This document shows, piece by piece, positions 1 to 10,775 of a stretch of 64,000 nt of DNA. The notes beneath the pieces were generated by a model. The model had not been told where the DNA came from. It ran no database searches and worked only from the letters and a program-made list of their open reading frames with translations. Source of the DNA: Nitrospirota bacterium (GTDB lineage Bacteria > Nitrospirota > UBA9217); the NCBI GenBank assembly GCA_963818475.1, contig CAWFSF010000006.1, forward strand, positions 1,536,001 to 1,600,000, written 5' to 3'. The position numbers and the translations under genes were made by a program. Numbering within the stretch: the stretch's first letter is position 1; every line of letters begins with the position of its first letter.

Positions 1-347
1 CATACTGAGACGCGGTTCCGGTATGAGATAGATACGGTATAAGCTGCGATAAGATAATACACTTACTACAAAAAAGCAAGGTGAAAACAGATAAAACGAG
101 GTATCAACGCAATCAAAGAAATGGCTTAAGCGTGACAAAAAATGAAGCGTTCAGAATATGCGATATCGCGCGCAGCATATTACGAAACCTGTTGATAGAG
201 AGTATCCGCACAGCATTCAAGACCAGATAATGCCAATGTTACCGGTAACACGGATCATGTGTCAAAAATACACCGCGCATGGGTAATGGATTACCTAGAG
301 ATGATGGAAAGTTATATCCAAACCTTTGATATTACGTTCATTTAATC

Positions 348-363
348 AGGCACAGCTATTGCA
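348..363 (+). promoter_or_regulatory. Putative sigma54 (-24/-12) promoter
   Basis: AGGCACAGCTATTGCA: GG(349-350)-N10-GC(361-362), matching the TGGCAC-N5-TTGCA consensus, 46 nt upstream of the ATG at 409. Confidence 0.65.
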
Positions 364-408
364 AATAAAAAAGGTTAAAACAATTAAAAGTTAGGTTCTA
401 GCAAATAT

Positions 409-1676
409 ATGACAGACGCTCAAAAAACAATTGCCTTTTCAGCGATCGCCGCTCTTGCCCTCTGGGTCAGCGGACTCGGCCATCCATGCCTTCATCCTTC
501 ACCAGGGCGAGTTCTCGGACCTTGTGCTGTTCGGCGGCTCGTGGCAAGAGCTCCTTTCGCGGTTGCTCCTTATCGCCGGCATCTTCTTCTACGGACTTGT
601 CATCACCAGGATGCGCGATCATTCCGACCGGAGAAAAATGCATACGGAACTGCGTGCGAATCGCGAACGGCTCGAACGGGAGGTTGCTGACCGGACCGAT
701 GAGCTGCGCTCGGTCAATGAGCTCCTGCACAAAGAGATCATCGACCGCATGCGGACGGAAGAGGAACTGTATCGGTCCGAAAGCTTCCTCAGCACCATTT
801 TCGACAGTTTCCACGATCCCTTTAGCATCGTGGACCGCGATTACCGGATCGTAAAGTTCAACGACGCCTATTCCCGTATAAAGAACCTGCCGGCAAAGGA
901 CCTGTTCGGCAAAAAATGCTACGAGGCGCTCCATGGCAGGAACGACGTTTGCAACGGCTGCGTTATCCTGAAAACCTTTCAGTCCAAGGACCCCTGCGCC
1001 AAGGAGAAACAGGTACGGCAGGCCAACGGAACAGCGATCTGGATCGAGATCTACACCTACCCCATTCTGGACCAGCAAAGAAACGTGACGCACGTCGTCG
1101 AATACACCAGGGACATCACGGACCGCAAAAAATCGGAAGAAGAGAAGAAGCAGTTGATCGAAAACCTGAACTATCTGTCCACGACCGACAGTCTCACCGG
1201 CCTCTGCAACAGGCGGGCGCTCACCGAGACGCTTCATTATGAGATCGAGCGCGCGCAGCGATATGATACGGACCTTTCGCTCATCCTGTGCGATGTCGAC
1301 AAGTTCAAGCCCATCAATGATACCTACGGCCATGCTGCAGGCGACGCCGCCCTCCAGGCCGTATCGGAAGCGCTCAAGACCTCGCTCCGCACAACGGACA
1401 TTCTGGGACGCTATGGCGGCGATGAGTTCATGATCATTCTGCCGGAGACATCGCTCGCTGGAGCAAAAATGCTCGCAGAAAAGGTGCGCCTTGCGGTGTC
1501 GGAGATCGAGCTGTCACGTTGCGAAAAGCGAGCGGATCGGCCTTTCCTTAAGCCTCGGTGTTGCAAGTTGCTGCGCACCTGCAGAGAACATCGACACGCT
1601 GGTGAGGCTCGCCGATTCGGCGCTCTACCTGTCAAAAGAAGGGGGCAGGAACAAGGTGTCGGCTATGAGCGTATAA
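409..1676 (+). CDS. Membrane-anchored PAS/PAC diguanylate cyclase (frameshifted near 470 and 1520)
   Basis: Stitched from ORFs 409.., 431..1918 and 1491..1676: N-terminal TM segments, coiled coil, PAS (KKCYE...C..C), DSLTGLCNRR, DVDKFKPINDTYGHAAGD, RTTD I-site, GGDEF, and C-terminal SLGVA...ADSALYLSKEGGRNKV. Confidence 0.85.
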
Positions 1677-1755
1677 TGTTTGAACTTCAGGCAGGCACGA
1701 CAATGAGGTGGTGCGGCAGCAGCTTCAGCTCGAAGCAAGATCAGCAGTGGATGAT

Positions 1756-2529
1756 TCAACAAAGAAAATATCTGGAATTTCTGTTCTTCCCGAGCGGCCT
1801 CGCGGTTTTCAACATCCTGTCCACACGTTGTTTGGCCTTTTCCACAGCCTTTTCCACAGACAATCCCTGGGATATGAACACGGTTATTGCAGCAGAAAGT
1901 ACGCACCCCGTGCCGTGAAAATCGCCTTTTCGTCTCTTTGTGGAAAAGCTCAGCACGGTCTTTCCACCATAGAGCGTATCAACTGCCGCACCCTGCAAAT
2001 GGCCGCCTTTGATCAGAACAAAGGCAGGCCCCATATCGAGCAGTATGCCTGCGGCAAAATCCATGTCCTGATCCGATTGAATAGCGATGCCGGTAAGCGC
2101 TTCAGCCTCTGGAATGTTCGGGGTGATGATCCGGGCAAGCGGGAAGAGCTCCTTTTTCAGTGATGAGACTGCAGCGGGCTGCAGCAGTGCCTTGCCGGAA
2201 CTGGACTGGAGCACGGGATCGATCACCAGGTTCCTGATCTGGTATTTTCGCACGGCCCGTGCCACGGCAACGACATTCTGTTTTGTCAGCAGCATGCCGG
2301 TCTTGATGGCGTCAGGCATGATGTCGGAAAGAAGAGCCTCTATCTGCTTCGAAAGCAGCGATGACGACACCGGCTCTACTGCCGTCACTCCCCTGCTGTT
2401 CTGGACCGTGAGCGCGGCCGGGATGGCCATACCGTAGGCGCCGAGCGCCTGAAAGACCTTGAGGTCGACCTGGATGCCTGCACCGGAGGAAGGGTCGGAA
2501 CCTGCTATGGAGAGGACTTTTTTCATCAA
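1756..2529 (-). CDS. thiD: Hydroxymethylpyrimidine/phosphomethylpyrimidine kinase
   Basis: SIAGSDPSSGAGIQVD, ITPNIPEA, HGTGCVLSAAI motifs; thiamine operon context. Confidence 0.93.
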   Translation of the reverse strand: MMKKVLSIAGSDPSSGAGIQVDLKVFQALGAYGMAIPAALTVQNSRGVTAVEPVSSSLLSKQIEALLSDIMPDAIKTGMLLTKQNVVAVARAVRKYQIRNLVIDPVLQSSSGKALLQPAAVSSLKKELFPLARIITPNIPEAEALTGIAIQSDQDMDFAAGILLDMGPAFVLIKGGHLQGAAVDTLYGGKTVLSFSTKRRKGDFHGTGCVLSAAITVFISQGLSVEKAVEKAKQRVDRMLKTARPLGKNRNSRYFLC

Positions 2530-2563
2530 GGAGTCAAACCTGTTCTAGAATAGAGCAAGAATG

Positions 2564-2662
2564 TTCGCCGCAAGAGCCGCAGAAGCTTGCGGAAAAAATC
2601 TTAGAAGCATTCAAAAAAGCTAACGATTTGATCCTTCTCTGCGCCCTTTGCGGCTTTGCGAA
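2564..2662. repeat. Intergenic imperfect inverted-repeat element
   Basis: ttcgccgcaagagccgcagaag ... ctctgcgccctttgcggctttgcgaa arms around an AT-rich spacer. Confidence 0.55.
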
Positions 2663-2705
2663 GAGATCCGTTTCTAGGTTCGAGCAGCTAATGAATTGAA
2701 AAGCG

Positions 2706-3692
2706 CTACCGCACGGGCATGGCAGTCTGCACTCCTGCCCCGTTCAGATCCAGCTTGATCAGTTCCTGCGGGTCAACGCGCGCACCCTGCACGCGAACGC
2801 CCCAGTGCAAATGGGCGCCGGTGGACCGGCCGGTAGAACCTACCAGGGCGATGACGTCGCCCTTTTTGACCCGCTGCCCGGGCGTCACCAGGACCTTCGA
2901 AAGATGAAAGAACATGGTATAGATTCCCTGGCCATGGTCGAGCACCACTGAATTGCCCGAGTAATACAGGTCATCGACCAGCGCAACAACACCGTTGTTC
3001 GGCGCATGCACTGGATCGCCTTCCTCGGCCTCAACATCAACGCCCGTATGGGGGTTCTTGGGGATCTGGTTCATGAACCTGCGCACGCCGAAGAGGGTGG
3101 CGATCTTTCCCTCGCGCGGGTTCAGGAACCCGCCGTCCCAGACACGGCCCGTCTCGTTCGGCCATATGGAGTTCGTCAGTTTCAGTTCCCGTTCCACCCT
3201 TGCCTCGTTCTCGGGAGAAAGCTCGACCATGCCCTTCGGGAGCTTCAGATACTGCGCAGGATATTCCTTTTTCTGCACCACGACGGTACGGTGCTCGGTG
3301 CTTCCGAAGGCCGTGACATCCAGCGGATAGGAACCAGGCGCAGTAAAGAGATCGATGCCGACCACTGCCCGAAAAGCATCCTGGGAAGGATTGAAATAGA
3401 TCTTTCTGCCATTGAAGGCGCCGTCAACAGGACCGCTCATTCCCCTGACCGTAACGATCATGATATCGCCCGGACCAGGACTGGATGGGGAAAAGACTAT
3501 CTCCGGCTGTGGATGGCTGGCAGGATCTGCTGCAGAAGCAAGGAAAGGAAGACAGAGCAGGGTTGCGATGAAAAGAAGTACTCTGCTGAACGAATTAGAT
3601 TTTGTTCCGCCCCAGAAAGCCCCCCTCACCCTACCCTCTCCCACGAGGGGAGAGGATATTTTTAGTGACCGATTCCGCAGTTTATTTAGCAT
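2706..3692 (-). CDS. M23 family metallopeptidase, secreted (start uncertain)
   Basis: HTGVD, LDHGQG, HLS, GSTGRSTGAHLHW zinc motifs; signal-like LLFIATLLCLPFLASAA. The N-terminal extension runs through a REP-like element. Confidence 0.88.
   Translation of the reverse strand: MLNKLRNRSLKISSPLVGEGRVRGAFWGGTKSNSFSRVLLFIATLLCLPFLASAADPASHPQPEIVFSPSSPGPGDIMIVTVRGMSGPVDGAFNGRKIYFNPSQDAFRAVVGIDLFTAPGSYPLDVTAFGSTEHRTVVVQKKEYPAQYLKLPKGMVELSPENEARVERELKLTNSIWPNETGRVWDGGFLNPREGKIATLFGVRRFMNQIPKNPHTGVDVEAEEGDPVHAPNNGVVALVDDLYYSGNSVVLDHGQGIYTMFFHLSKVLVTPGQRVKKGDVIALVGSTGRSTGAHLHWGVRVQGARVDPQELIKLDLNGAGVQTAMPVR
3621..3655. repeat. REP-like hairpin element
   Basis: ccccctcaccctaccctctcccacgaggggagagg with a cctctccc/gggagagg stem. 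Confidence 0.6.
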
Positions 3693-3703
3693 TATATTCA
3701 CCC

Positions 3704-3735
3704 ATTCCGAAATCCGCAATCCGAAATCTGAAATA
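3704..3735. repeat. Heptamer tandem repeat (aatccgc/aatccga)
   Basis: attccga aatccgc aatccga aatctga; same unit as at 6705-6736. Confidence 0.7.
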
Positions 3736-3738
3736 GAA

Positions 3739-5027
3739 TCATTTCTTTTTAAGATACGCGCTCACGCCCTTCATGGAGCAGAACTCGCCGCACATGGTGC
3801 AGACGTCGGACTCCTTGGGCATGCTTGATTCACGCAGTTTCCGCGCCCGCTCGGGATTGATCGAAAGTTCGATCTGGCCCTTTCCAGTCGAGGGCCTTGC
3901 GCCGCCGCGCCATTTCCTTGTCCCAGTCCATGGCGCCCTTGACGCCTTTGGCGATGTCCGCTGCATGGGCCGCGATCCGGGAGGCGATCACGCCTTCGCG
4001 CACATCGTCCAGGTCCGGCAGCCGCAGATGCTCCGACGGGGTGACATAGCAGAGAAAGTCCGCGCCGGCTGCTCCTGCAATCGCGCCGCCGATGGCCGAG
4101 GTGATGTGGTCGTATCCCGGCGCGACATCGGTCACGAGCGGGCCGAGCACATAAAAGGGCGCGCCCTTGCAGAGCTCCTTCTGGATCTTTATGTTCGTCT
4201 CGACCTGGTTGATCGGCACATGGCCGGGCCCCTCGATCATCACCTGCACGCCCGCCTCGTGCGCCAGGTCGCGCAGTTCGCCGAGGGTGATCAGTTCCTC
4301 GATCTGCGCCCGGTCCGTGGCATCGGCAAGACAGCCCGGCCGCATGCCGTCGCCCAGGGAGAGCGTCATATCGTACTTCTTCGCAGATCTCGATCAGCCG
4401 GTCGTACTGGGTATAGAGCGGGTTTTCCTTCTCGTTCACGATGCATCCATTCGAGATGGAACGCGCCGCCGCGGCTCACCACGTCCATGATCCGGCCCTG
4501 GCGCTTCAGGCGCTCGATGCTCGACAGCGTAACGCCGCAGTGCACGGTCACGAAATCGACGCCCTCTTCCGCCTGCTCCTCGATCACGCGGAACAGCGTT
4601 TCCGGGTCCATCTGGACGATGGGCTTCCCCTGTTCCACGGTCTCGACCGCAGCCTGGTAGATCGGCACGGTGCCGATGGAAATGGTCGAGTGCCTCAGGA
4701 TCTCATTGCGGATCTCGATGATCGGCCCGCCCGTCGAGAGGTCCATGACCGCGTCAGCACCGGCAGCCACCGCGACCTTGAGCTTTTCGATCTCGTCAGC
4801 CACGGACATGCGGTCCTTGGAGGTGCCGATGTTCGCGTTGACCTTGGTCCGCAGCCCCTTGCCGATGCCGAGCGGAGTGATCGACGTGTGGCGCTTGTTG
4901 CGCGTGATAACGATCGTGCCGTTCGCCACGCCTTCGACCACATGGTCAGGCTGACGCCCTCTGCCCGCGCAACCGCTTCCATCTCGGGAGTGATGTTGCC
5001 TTTTCGCGCTTCCAGAATCTGTGTCAT
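3739..5027 (-). CDS. thiC: Phosphomethylpyrimidine synthase (frameshifted)
   Basis: [58 protein letters not shown]-terminal CTMCGEFC across 4 ORF fragments. Confidence 0.93.
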
Positions 5028-5064
5028 GATCACCTCGCATGCAGGATTCCTCGTGAATTATTTT

Positions 5065-5725
5065 TTACCTCGGAATACAATAAGTGCAGGCTATTTTATC
5101 CATGAAATCTATGGCCTGCATGAACTTCCGGGCTGCTGCTGTTATATCCTCAGCAGCAAGGATCGCTGATATCAGCGCCACCCCGTCTGCTCCGGCAGCA
5201 AGGACCTGAAGGACATTTCCACTTTTTATTCCGCCAATAGCCGAATACGGGAATATGAAACGTGATTTTTTACTTCCCTGATGGTCAGACTTCCCCAACG
5301 GTTTTCCATACGTGCACTTTTGACGGCGTTTCAAAAACAGGTCCAAAGGTGATAAAATCCGCCCCCCTGGCCTCTGCATCCTTTGCTTCCTGAGCGGAAT
5401 GGGTTGAAACTCCGATCAGCATTCTGCTGCCCACGATCTTTCGTGCAGCGTCAACCGGCATGCTCTGATGGCCCAGATGCACCCCGTCGGCTTCGACAGC
5501 AACAGCCACATCAACGTGGTCATTGACGAACAGCTTTGCCCCGAATTCCCGGGTAATGGCCCGCAGCTCCTGCGCCAGTGCCAGCAGCTCCCGAACAGGA
5601 AGGTCCTTTTCGCGGAGCTGGACAGCAGGAACGCCGCCCTGCAGGGCAAGACGGACCGCTTCGGGAAGCGGCAGCTTCGTCTGCTTCCGGTCGGTTATGA
5701 GGTAGAGTTTGAAATCAACCGGCAA
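5065..5725 (-). CDS. thiE: Thiamine phosphate synthase (frameshifted near 5310)
   Basis: LYLITD, VQLREK, VNDHVDVA, GVHLG, GVSTHS, GPVFETPSK, AIGGI, GVALISAI. Confidence 0.9.
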
Positions 5726-5757
5726 AGAAAGCTCCTACACAAAAAATACAAAATTCT

Positions 5758-5864
5758 TTTGCCACGAAGGCACGAAGACACTAAGAAGATCTTAAAATTA
5801 ACCCCTAGGAAAGAAGGAAACGACTTTCCAGACTTTCTTCGTGCCTTCGCGACTTCGTGGCAAA
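5758..5864. repeat. Intergenic inverted-repeat element with periodic stem
   Basis: tttgccacgaaggcacgaagacactaag ... cttcgtgccttcgcgacttcgtggcaaa. Confidence 0.7.
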
Positions 5865-5881
5865 GTTGGTTCCAGCTTCTC

Positions 5882-6661
5882 TCAGCTTCCGATCATCCCG
5901 TCCAGCGGGCTGCTTGCCGTGGCATAGAGCTTCTTCGGTATCCTGCCCGCCTTGTACGCGAGCCTGCCGCCGAGCACGCCGTACTTCATGGCCTCGGCCA
6001 TGGCGATCGGGTCCTTGGCGCCGGCAATGGCCGTGTTCAAAAGCACTGCGTCGCAGCCCAGTTCCATGGCAAGGGCCACATCAGAGGCCGTACCCACGCC
6101 GGCGTCAACGATGATCGGCACCTTCACGGTCTCCATGATGATCCTGAGGTTGTAGGGGTTCCTGATGCCGAGGCCGGACCCGATCGGCGCGGCAAGCGGC
6201 ATGACCGCAGGGCAGCCGATGTCGACGAGCTTCTTGGCCATGATCGGGTCGTCGCTGACGTAGGGCAGTACGATGAGCCCTTCTTTCACCAGCACCTTCG
6301 CCGCTTCGAGCGTGGCCTCGTTGTCCGGGAACAGGGTCTTCTCGTCGCCGATCACCTCGAGCTTCACGAGCTTCGTGATCCCCGCCTCGGCCGCGAGCAT
6401 GGCCGTCCGGATCGCGTCCTTTGCAGTATAGCAGCCCGCCGTGTTCGGCAGGATCTTGTATTTTTTCGGGTCGATGTAATCGAGCAGGTTCTCCTTGCTC
6501 TTGTCGATGATGTTCACCCGGCGCACCGACACGGTGATCACATCGGTACCCGACGCCTCGATCGCCCTCTTCGTTTCCTCAAAATCCTTGTACTTCCCCG
6601 ACCCGACCCAGAGCCGGGATTTGAACTCAATACCGGCAATGACCAGTTTGTCGTCAATCAT
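5882..6661 (-). CDS. thiG: Thiazole synthase
   Basis: [46 protein letters not shown]; start [10 protein letters not shown]. Confidence 0.95.
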   Translation of the reverse strand: MIDDKLVIAGIEFKSRLWVGSGKYKDFEETKRAIEASGTDVITVSVRRVNIIDKSKENLLDYIDPKKYKILPNTAGCYTAKDAIRTAMLAAEAGITKLVKLEVIGDEKTLFPDNEATLEAAKVLVKEGLIVLPYVSDDPIMAKKLVDIGCPAVMPLAAPIGSGLGIRNPYNLRIIMETVKVPIIVDAGVGTASDVALAMELGCDAVLLNTAIAGAKDPIAMAEAMKYGVLGGRLAYKAGRIPKKLYATASSPLDGMIGS

Positions 6662-6677
6662 GTATGATACCTCTCCT

Positions 6678-6941
6678 TCACTTAGCCCTTTTGATCCCCC
6701 ATTCCAATCCGCAATCCGAAATCCGAGATCCGCAATTGAAGTCTCCCCCTGCCATAAAGCTGACCACTTCAAGGCTGTCACCCTCCTGCAGCATAGTCGC
6801 ATCATAGGCAGCCTTCTTCACGATCTCAAGGTTCCGCTCAACGGCCACCTTCTCCGTCTGGATCTTCAAATGCTCCAGAAGGCCCCGGACCGTAAGTCCG
6901 TCAGGAACATCGCGTTTTTCGCCGTTCAAGGTGATGTTCAT
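6678..6941 (-). CDS. thiS: Sulfur carrier protein ThiS with 15-aa extension after GG
   Basis: MNITLNGE...[10 protein letters not shown]...[16 protein letters not shown], then [21 protein letters not shown] before the stop. Confidence 0.9.
   Translation of the reverse strand: MNITLNGEKRDVPDGLTVRGLLEHLKIQTEKVAVERNLEIVKKAAYDATMLQEGDSLEVVSFMAGGDFNCGSRISDCGLEWGIKRAK
6705..6736. repeat. Heptamer tandem repeat (aatccgc/aatccga)
   Basis: caatccgcaatccgaaatccgagatccgcaat. Confidence 0.7.
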
Positions 6942-6966
6942 GCGTCCGCTCTCCGATGGTTCAAAT

Positions 6967-6994
6967 AAAAAAAGCCGCATCCAAAGATGCGGCT
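6967..6994 (-). terminator. Intrinsic terminator, TPP riboswitch expression platform
   Basis: Minus strand agccgcatc-tttg-gatgcggct followed by a U run, between the aptamer and thiS. Confidence 0.85.
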
Positions 6995-7021
6995 GGAAGG
7001 GCTTTAATGATAGTATACGGT

Positions 7022-7108
7022 TCGCCTTCCCTACGCCGGAACTACCCGGATCAGGTTCTAAGGGTCGTCCGTAAAAGGACTCTCAGCCCGAAAGGCTCCC
7101 CCAGCTCT
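7022..7108 (-). ncRNA. TPP riboswitch
   Basis: Minus strand ctgggggagcc...ggCTGAGAg...gaccctTAGAACCTGATccgggTAgTtccggCGTAGGGAAg; THI-box motifs directly upstream of thiS. Confidence 0.95.
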
Positions 7109-7126
7109 TGCTATGTAATTGAAGGT

Positions 7127-7155
7127 AAAATACAGCACAGCCGGGCCAAAGTCAA
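7127..7155 (-). promoter_or_regulatory. Putative sigma70 promoter of the thi operon
   Basis: TTGACT-17 nt-TATTTT about 20 nt upstream of the TPP aptamer. Confidence 0.5.
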
Positions 7156-7236
7156 CGCTTTTCTGGCTCAGGAGTGCAACGAAACACTCAATTCGCCCCT
7201 CCCCACTCGTCAGGAATTAATTCCTTACCTGTTACC

Positions 7237-8763
7237 TTACCCCCTGGTACCCTGGACCCTGAGCCCTGCCATTCTGAGCTTCCTCTCGTGCCGCTGCAGG
7301 ACCTGGCGGAAATGGAACCCATAGATCGAGAAGGTGATGGCGAGCGGGAAGAGCCGCGGTTTCCGGACCAGGGACCAGACGATGAGCTTCCAGTACTGGA
7401 GCCGTTCCCTGCCAAGGATGCCGAGACGCACCACGGACTGGGCCATGGCCCGGAAGTGCATGAACTTGAAGCGGCCCTGCATCTTTTTCGGCGGATTGTA
7501 TTCCTGCAGGAACTTCCGGACACGGGCGTAATAGTGTTTGGGGGCGTAGATGGTGCCCAGGATATGGCGGTAGCCGTTGACCAGCGTGTCGTTGTTCATC
7601 TTCGAGACGAAGTTGATCGAGAAGTCGGTGTTGTCTCCGGTCGCGTTCTTGATGAGCCTGCCCTCCTGCTCCATGCGGCGGTGCAGCTTGGTGCCGGTCG
7701 GCGCGTTCAAAAGCCCCACCATGGCCGTCACGATGCCGCTCTCCTGGATAAAGGCGATCAAACGCTCGAAGATCGCAGCCGGGTCCTTGTCGAACCCCAC
7801 GATGAACCCCGCCTGTACCTCGAGGCCCGCGTGCTGGATCTTCCGGACGTTCGCGATGAGGTCGCGGTTCTGGTTCTGGCGTTTGCTGCACTCGGCGAGG
7901 CTCTCTTCGTTGGGCGATTCGATGCCCACGAACACCTGGTCGAACCCGGCCCGGACCATAAGCTGCATCAGCTCCGCGTCGTCGGCAAGATTAATCGACA
8001 CTTCGGTATAGAGCTTGAAGGGATGCTTGCGCGTCTCCATCCAGGCAAGGATGGCGGGCAGCACCTCGGTCTTGAGCTTCCCCTTGTTCCCGATGAAGTT
8101 GTCGTCCACGATAAAGACGCTGCTCTTCCAGCCCCTGAGGTAGAGCGCCTCAAGCTCGGAAACGATCTGTGCCGCGCCCTTGGTCCGTGGCACCCGGCCG
8201 TAGAGCACCGTGATGTTGCAGAAGTCGCAGTCAAAGGGGCAGCCGCGGGAATACTGAATATTCATCGAGGCGTAGTGCTTCATGTTCAGGAGATCGAAGC
8301 GCGGCAGCGGCGTCCTGCTGAGGTCCGCCCAGAGCGGAGAGGTATACACGCGCTGCGGTTTGCCCTCTGCGAGGTCGGCGAGGAACAACGGCAGCGTGAT
8401 CTCCGCCTCGTTCAGAATAAGGTGGTCCACATGGCCATAGTCCCCGGCATAGGCCGTGAAGTGCGGTCCGCCGGCGATCACTTTCGTGCCGAGCCGCCGG
8501 CATCGCTCGATGATCGTGTCAGTCGATTCCTTCTGGATGGACATGGCAGAGACCAGCACATAGTCCGCCCAGCGGAGATCGGCGTCGGTCAGCTTCGCCG
8601 TATTCAGATCAACGAGGCGCTGGTTCCATTCCCGGGGAAGCATGGCTGCCACGGTAAGAAGGCCCAGGGGCGGCAGGCTTGCCTTCTTGGCGATGAATTT
8701 TAAAGCGTATTTGAAGCTCCAGAAGGTAACAGGATACTGCGGGTAGACGAGAAGAATGTTCAT
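7237..8763 (-). CDS. B12-binding radical SAM protein (DUF4070-type C-terminus)
   Basis: N-terminal B12-binding domain (PPLGLLTVAA, GGPH), SRGCPFDCDFC, VDDNF, GIES, GFIVGFD. Confidence 0.88.
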   Translation of the reverse strand: MNILLVYPQYPVTFWSFKYALKFIAKKASLPPLGLLTVAAMLPREWNQRLVDLNTAKLTDADLRWADYVLVSAMSIQKESTDTIIERCRRLGTKVIAGGPHFTAYAGDYGHVDHLILNEAEITLPLFLADLAEGKPQRVYTSPLWADLSRTPLPRFDLLNMKHYASMNIQYSRGCPFDCDFCNITVLYGRVPRTKGAAQIVSELEALYLRGWKSSVFIVDDNFIGNKGKLKTEVLPAILAWMETRKHPFKLYTEVSINLADDAELMQLMVRAGFDQVFVGIESPNEESLAECSKRQNQNRDLIANVRKIQHAGLEVQAGFIVGFDKDPAAIFERLIAFIQESGIVTAMVGLLNAPTGTKLHRRMEQEGRLIKNATGDNTDFSINFVSKMNNDTLVNGYRHILGTIYAPKHYYARVRKFLQEYNPPKKMQGRFKFMHFRAMAQSVVRLGILGRERLQYWKLIVWSLVRKPRLFPLAITFSIYGFHFRQVLQRHERKLRMAGLRVQGTRG

Positions 8764-9093
8764 TATGACTCCTTTTTAAGACGCACCGGGGAAGTTTTCA
8801 CGTACCAGGAGAGCCCGAATTGGAGATGGAACTTGTTAAGGACAGTGTCGAAGCAGCGTGAACCGCAGCATCATCATTATCCAACTCCGGCGCCGCATAT
8901 ACAACAACTATTATGATATGAAACCAGCCAAGGACCGTTCCGGAAACTCCTGCCTCAGCTGTTATGACATTAAGTTTAGCACGGATTGAGGAACTTGGGG
9001 AAAAATGAAAGGGGAAAAATGATCGGATGCGGAGGTGCAAGACTGTTACGAATGAACCTGCAGCACTAGTGCGGTTAAAGACAACGAAAAGGC

Positions 9094-9122
9094 GCGGCGA
9101 GAAACGTCTCGTTTCTCGCCGC
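9094..9122 (-). terminator. Stem-loop, probable terminator
   Basis: Perfect 13-bp stem gcggcgagaaacg/cgtttctcgccgc with an adjacent A tract, downstream of the 9184 gene. Confidence 0.6.
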
Positions 9123-9183
9123 AAGGTTAGTTTTTGCTTTGGCGGTGCCGTTTACCTGGTGGCCCTAAAAAGTCCCGGAAGGC

Positions 9184-9405
9184 TCAGCCTTTTTTGCTGC
9201 CCATAACCAGCAGCACAACGCCGCCTACGAGCGCAAGAGCGCCCACGATCGGAGACAGCGGAAGCGTTTTCGATCTCTCAGCCGTAACCTCCACGGGACC
9301 GAGATCGACGACCTTCTCCCTGCTCGTGTAGGTAATGCCCTGATACGCAAAGATCGCGATCCCTGCAACAATGAGGATGATCCCTAACAACGTGTTTGTT
9401 TTCAT
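9184..9405 (-). CDS. Small membrane protein (DUF3185-like)
   Basis: Two TM helices flanking YTSREKVVDLGPVEVTAE..TLPLSPIVG. Confidence 0.75.
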   Translation of the reverse strand: MKTNTLLGIILIVAGIAIFAYQGITYTSREKVVDLGPVEVTAERSKTLPLSPIVGALALVGGVVLLVMGSKKG

Positions 9406-9452
9406 TTCGCGCCTCCGACCGGTCGCCGGTCCGGTTTACGATCTGCCGCAAT

Positions 9453-9602
9453 CTACCCGACCCTGCGGCCCTGAAGGAACCCGACCACCACTACGATAAG
9501 AGCAATTACCAGCAGAAGGTGAATGAACCCACCCATGGTGTAACTGCTCACCAGCCCTAACGCCCAGAGGACTATCAGTATCACAGCAATTGTCCACAAC
9601 AT
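9453..9602 (-). CDS. lmo0937-family small membrane protein
   Basis: MLWTIAVILIVLWALGLVSSYTMGGFIHLLLVIA; GGAGG RBS. Confidence 0.85.
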   Translation of the reverse strand: MLWTIAVILIVLWALGLVSSYTMGGFIHLLLVIALIVVVVGFLQGRRVG

Positions 9603-9680
9603 TTGACCCTCCTTCCGGATTGCTCTGGCCCGTTGCCCACGCGCTTGCCGGTCCGGCAATCCATGCGTACATGAACTCAG

Positions 9681-10437
9681 CTACTCGATGGTCATCCGGT
9701 TCTTTACGCTCTTCACGCCTTTTACGTCGTCGACGATTTTGTTGACCAGCTCCTTTTCGGCCGCGTTCTTGGCCTTGCCGCTCAAAGTAACGACACCATT
9801 CTTCGTGGTGACCGAGGTCTTGAGTGCACTGGTCGATCGATGGAACAGCAGCGCCGTTTTTACCTGGGCGGTAATGGAAGAGTCATCGATCTTATCACCC
9901 ATGGTTCGGGATGTCTTTTTCGCGGTCTTAGCCACGGTCATCTCATTATTGACGTCTTTGACCCCTTCGACATCCTTGGCATGTTCGGTCGTCAGTTCTT
10001 TTTCTGCCTGGCTGTCCGCTTCGCCTTTCAAGGTGACGATCCCGTCTTGTGGTGGTAACCTCCGTCAGGGAGCTCACGCTCTTATGAAACAGGAGCGTGG
10101 TTTTCACTTTCGCAGTGATCCACGCATCCGACTTCTCGGCGGGGCGCTCCCCTTTTACTTCCAGCTTGTTGTCCACGCTTTTGACCCCGGCCAGGCCTTC
10201 CACAGTCTCCTGGGCCAATGATTTGTGGTGTTCCTCGGAGACCGTCCCTGTCAAGGTGACGACGCCGTTCTCGGAATCTATCTTAATATCATCTTCCTTG
10301 AGATAGGTCTTGAACACATACGACTTTTTGGCTGATGATTCTATGCTGTCATCCGTCTTGGAAGCGTAGGCAGGCACACCGAGCGCCAGCAGAGCAGCCA
10401 CTGCCACCATAAGAGATAATGAATAGATTGCTTTCAT
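9681..10437 (-). CDS. Periplasmic triple-BON domain protein (OsmY-like; frameshift near 10050)
   Basis: Signal peptide plus three D..IT..VK..L...GVVTL.G...GVKSV.N units across ORFs 9946..10437 and 9681..10031. Confidence 0.85.
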
Positions 10438-10533
10438 GGTACGTTCTCCTTATTATTGTTATTACGGTTGTTTTTTTTATCATGCAGCCGCAGCCGGAGT
10501 CCCGGGAACACGCAGGCGCATGATACGCGCGCT

Positions 10534-10713
10534 CTACTTACCCAGGACCTTTTTGGCCTGGCCGACCTTTTCCTGCATTTTGCCGGTTATGTTTTCAATT
10601 TTGCCTTCACCTTCCAACTTGGGGTTGTCAGTGATTTTCCCGGCCGCTTCCTTGACCTTACCCTTTGCTTTGTGAAACTTGCCTTCCACCTTTTCCTGTG
10701 CGCTGGATTTCAT
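10534..10713 (-). CDS. csbD: CsbD family protein (59 aa, not in the ORF track)
   Basis: Manual translation MKSSAQEKVEGKFHKAKGKVKEAAGKITDNPKLEGEGKIENITGKMQEKVGQAKKVLGK; GGAGG RBS. Confidence 0.85.
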   Translation of the reverse strand: MKSSAQEKVEGKFHKAKGKVKEAAGKITDNPKLEGEGKIENITGKMQEKVGQAKKVLGK

Positions 10714-10775
10714 GGTATTCCTCCTCCCCGGTTATTGGCCTGGCCCGTCACACAGGCCCCATCCAGTATCAAGAA

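Noticed and set aside
7174-8703. Long antisense ORFs (also 5468..6667, 11927..12922, 62295..63314 and others)
   Set aside because: Shadow frames of high-GC genes with no recognisable motifs.
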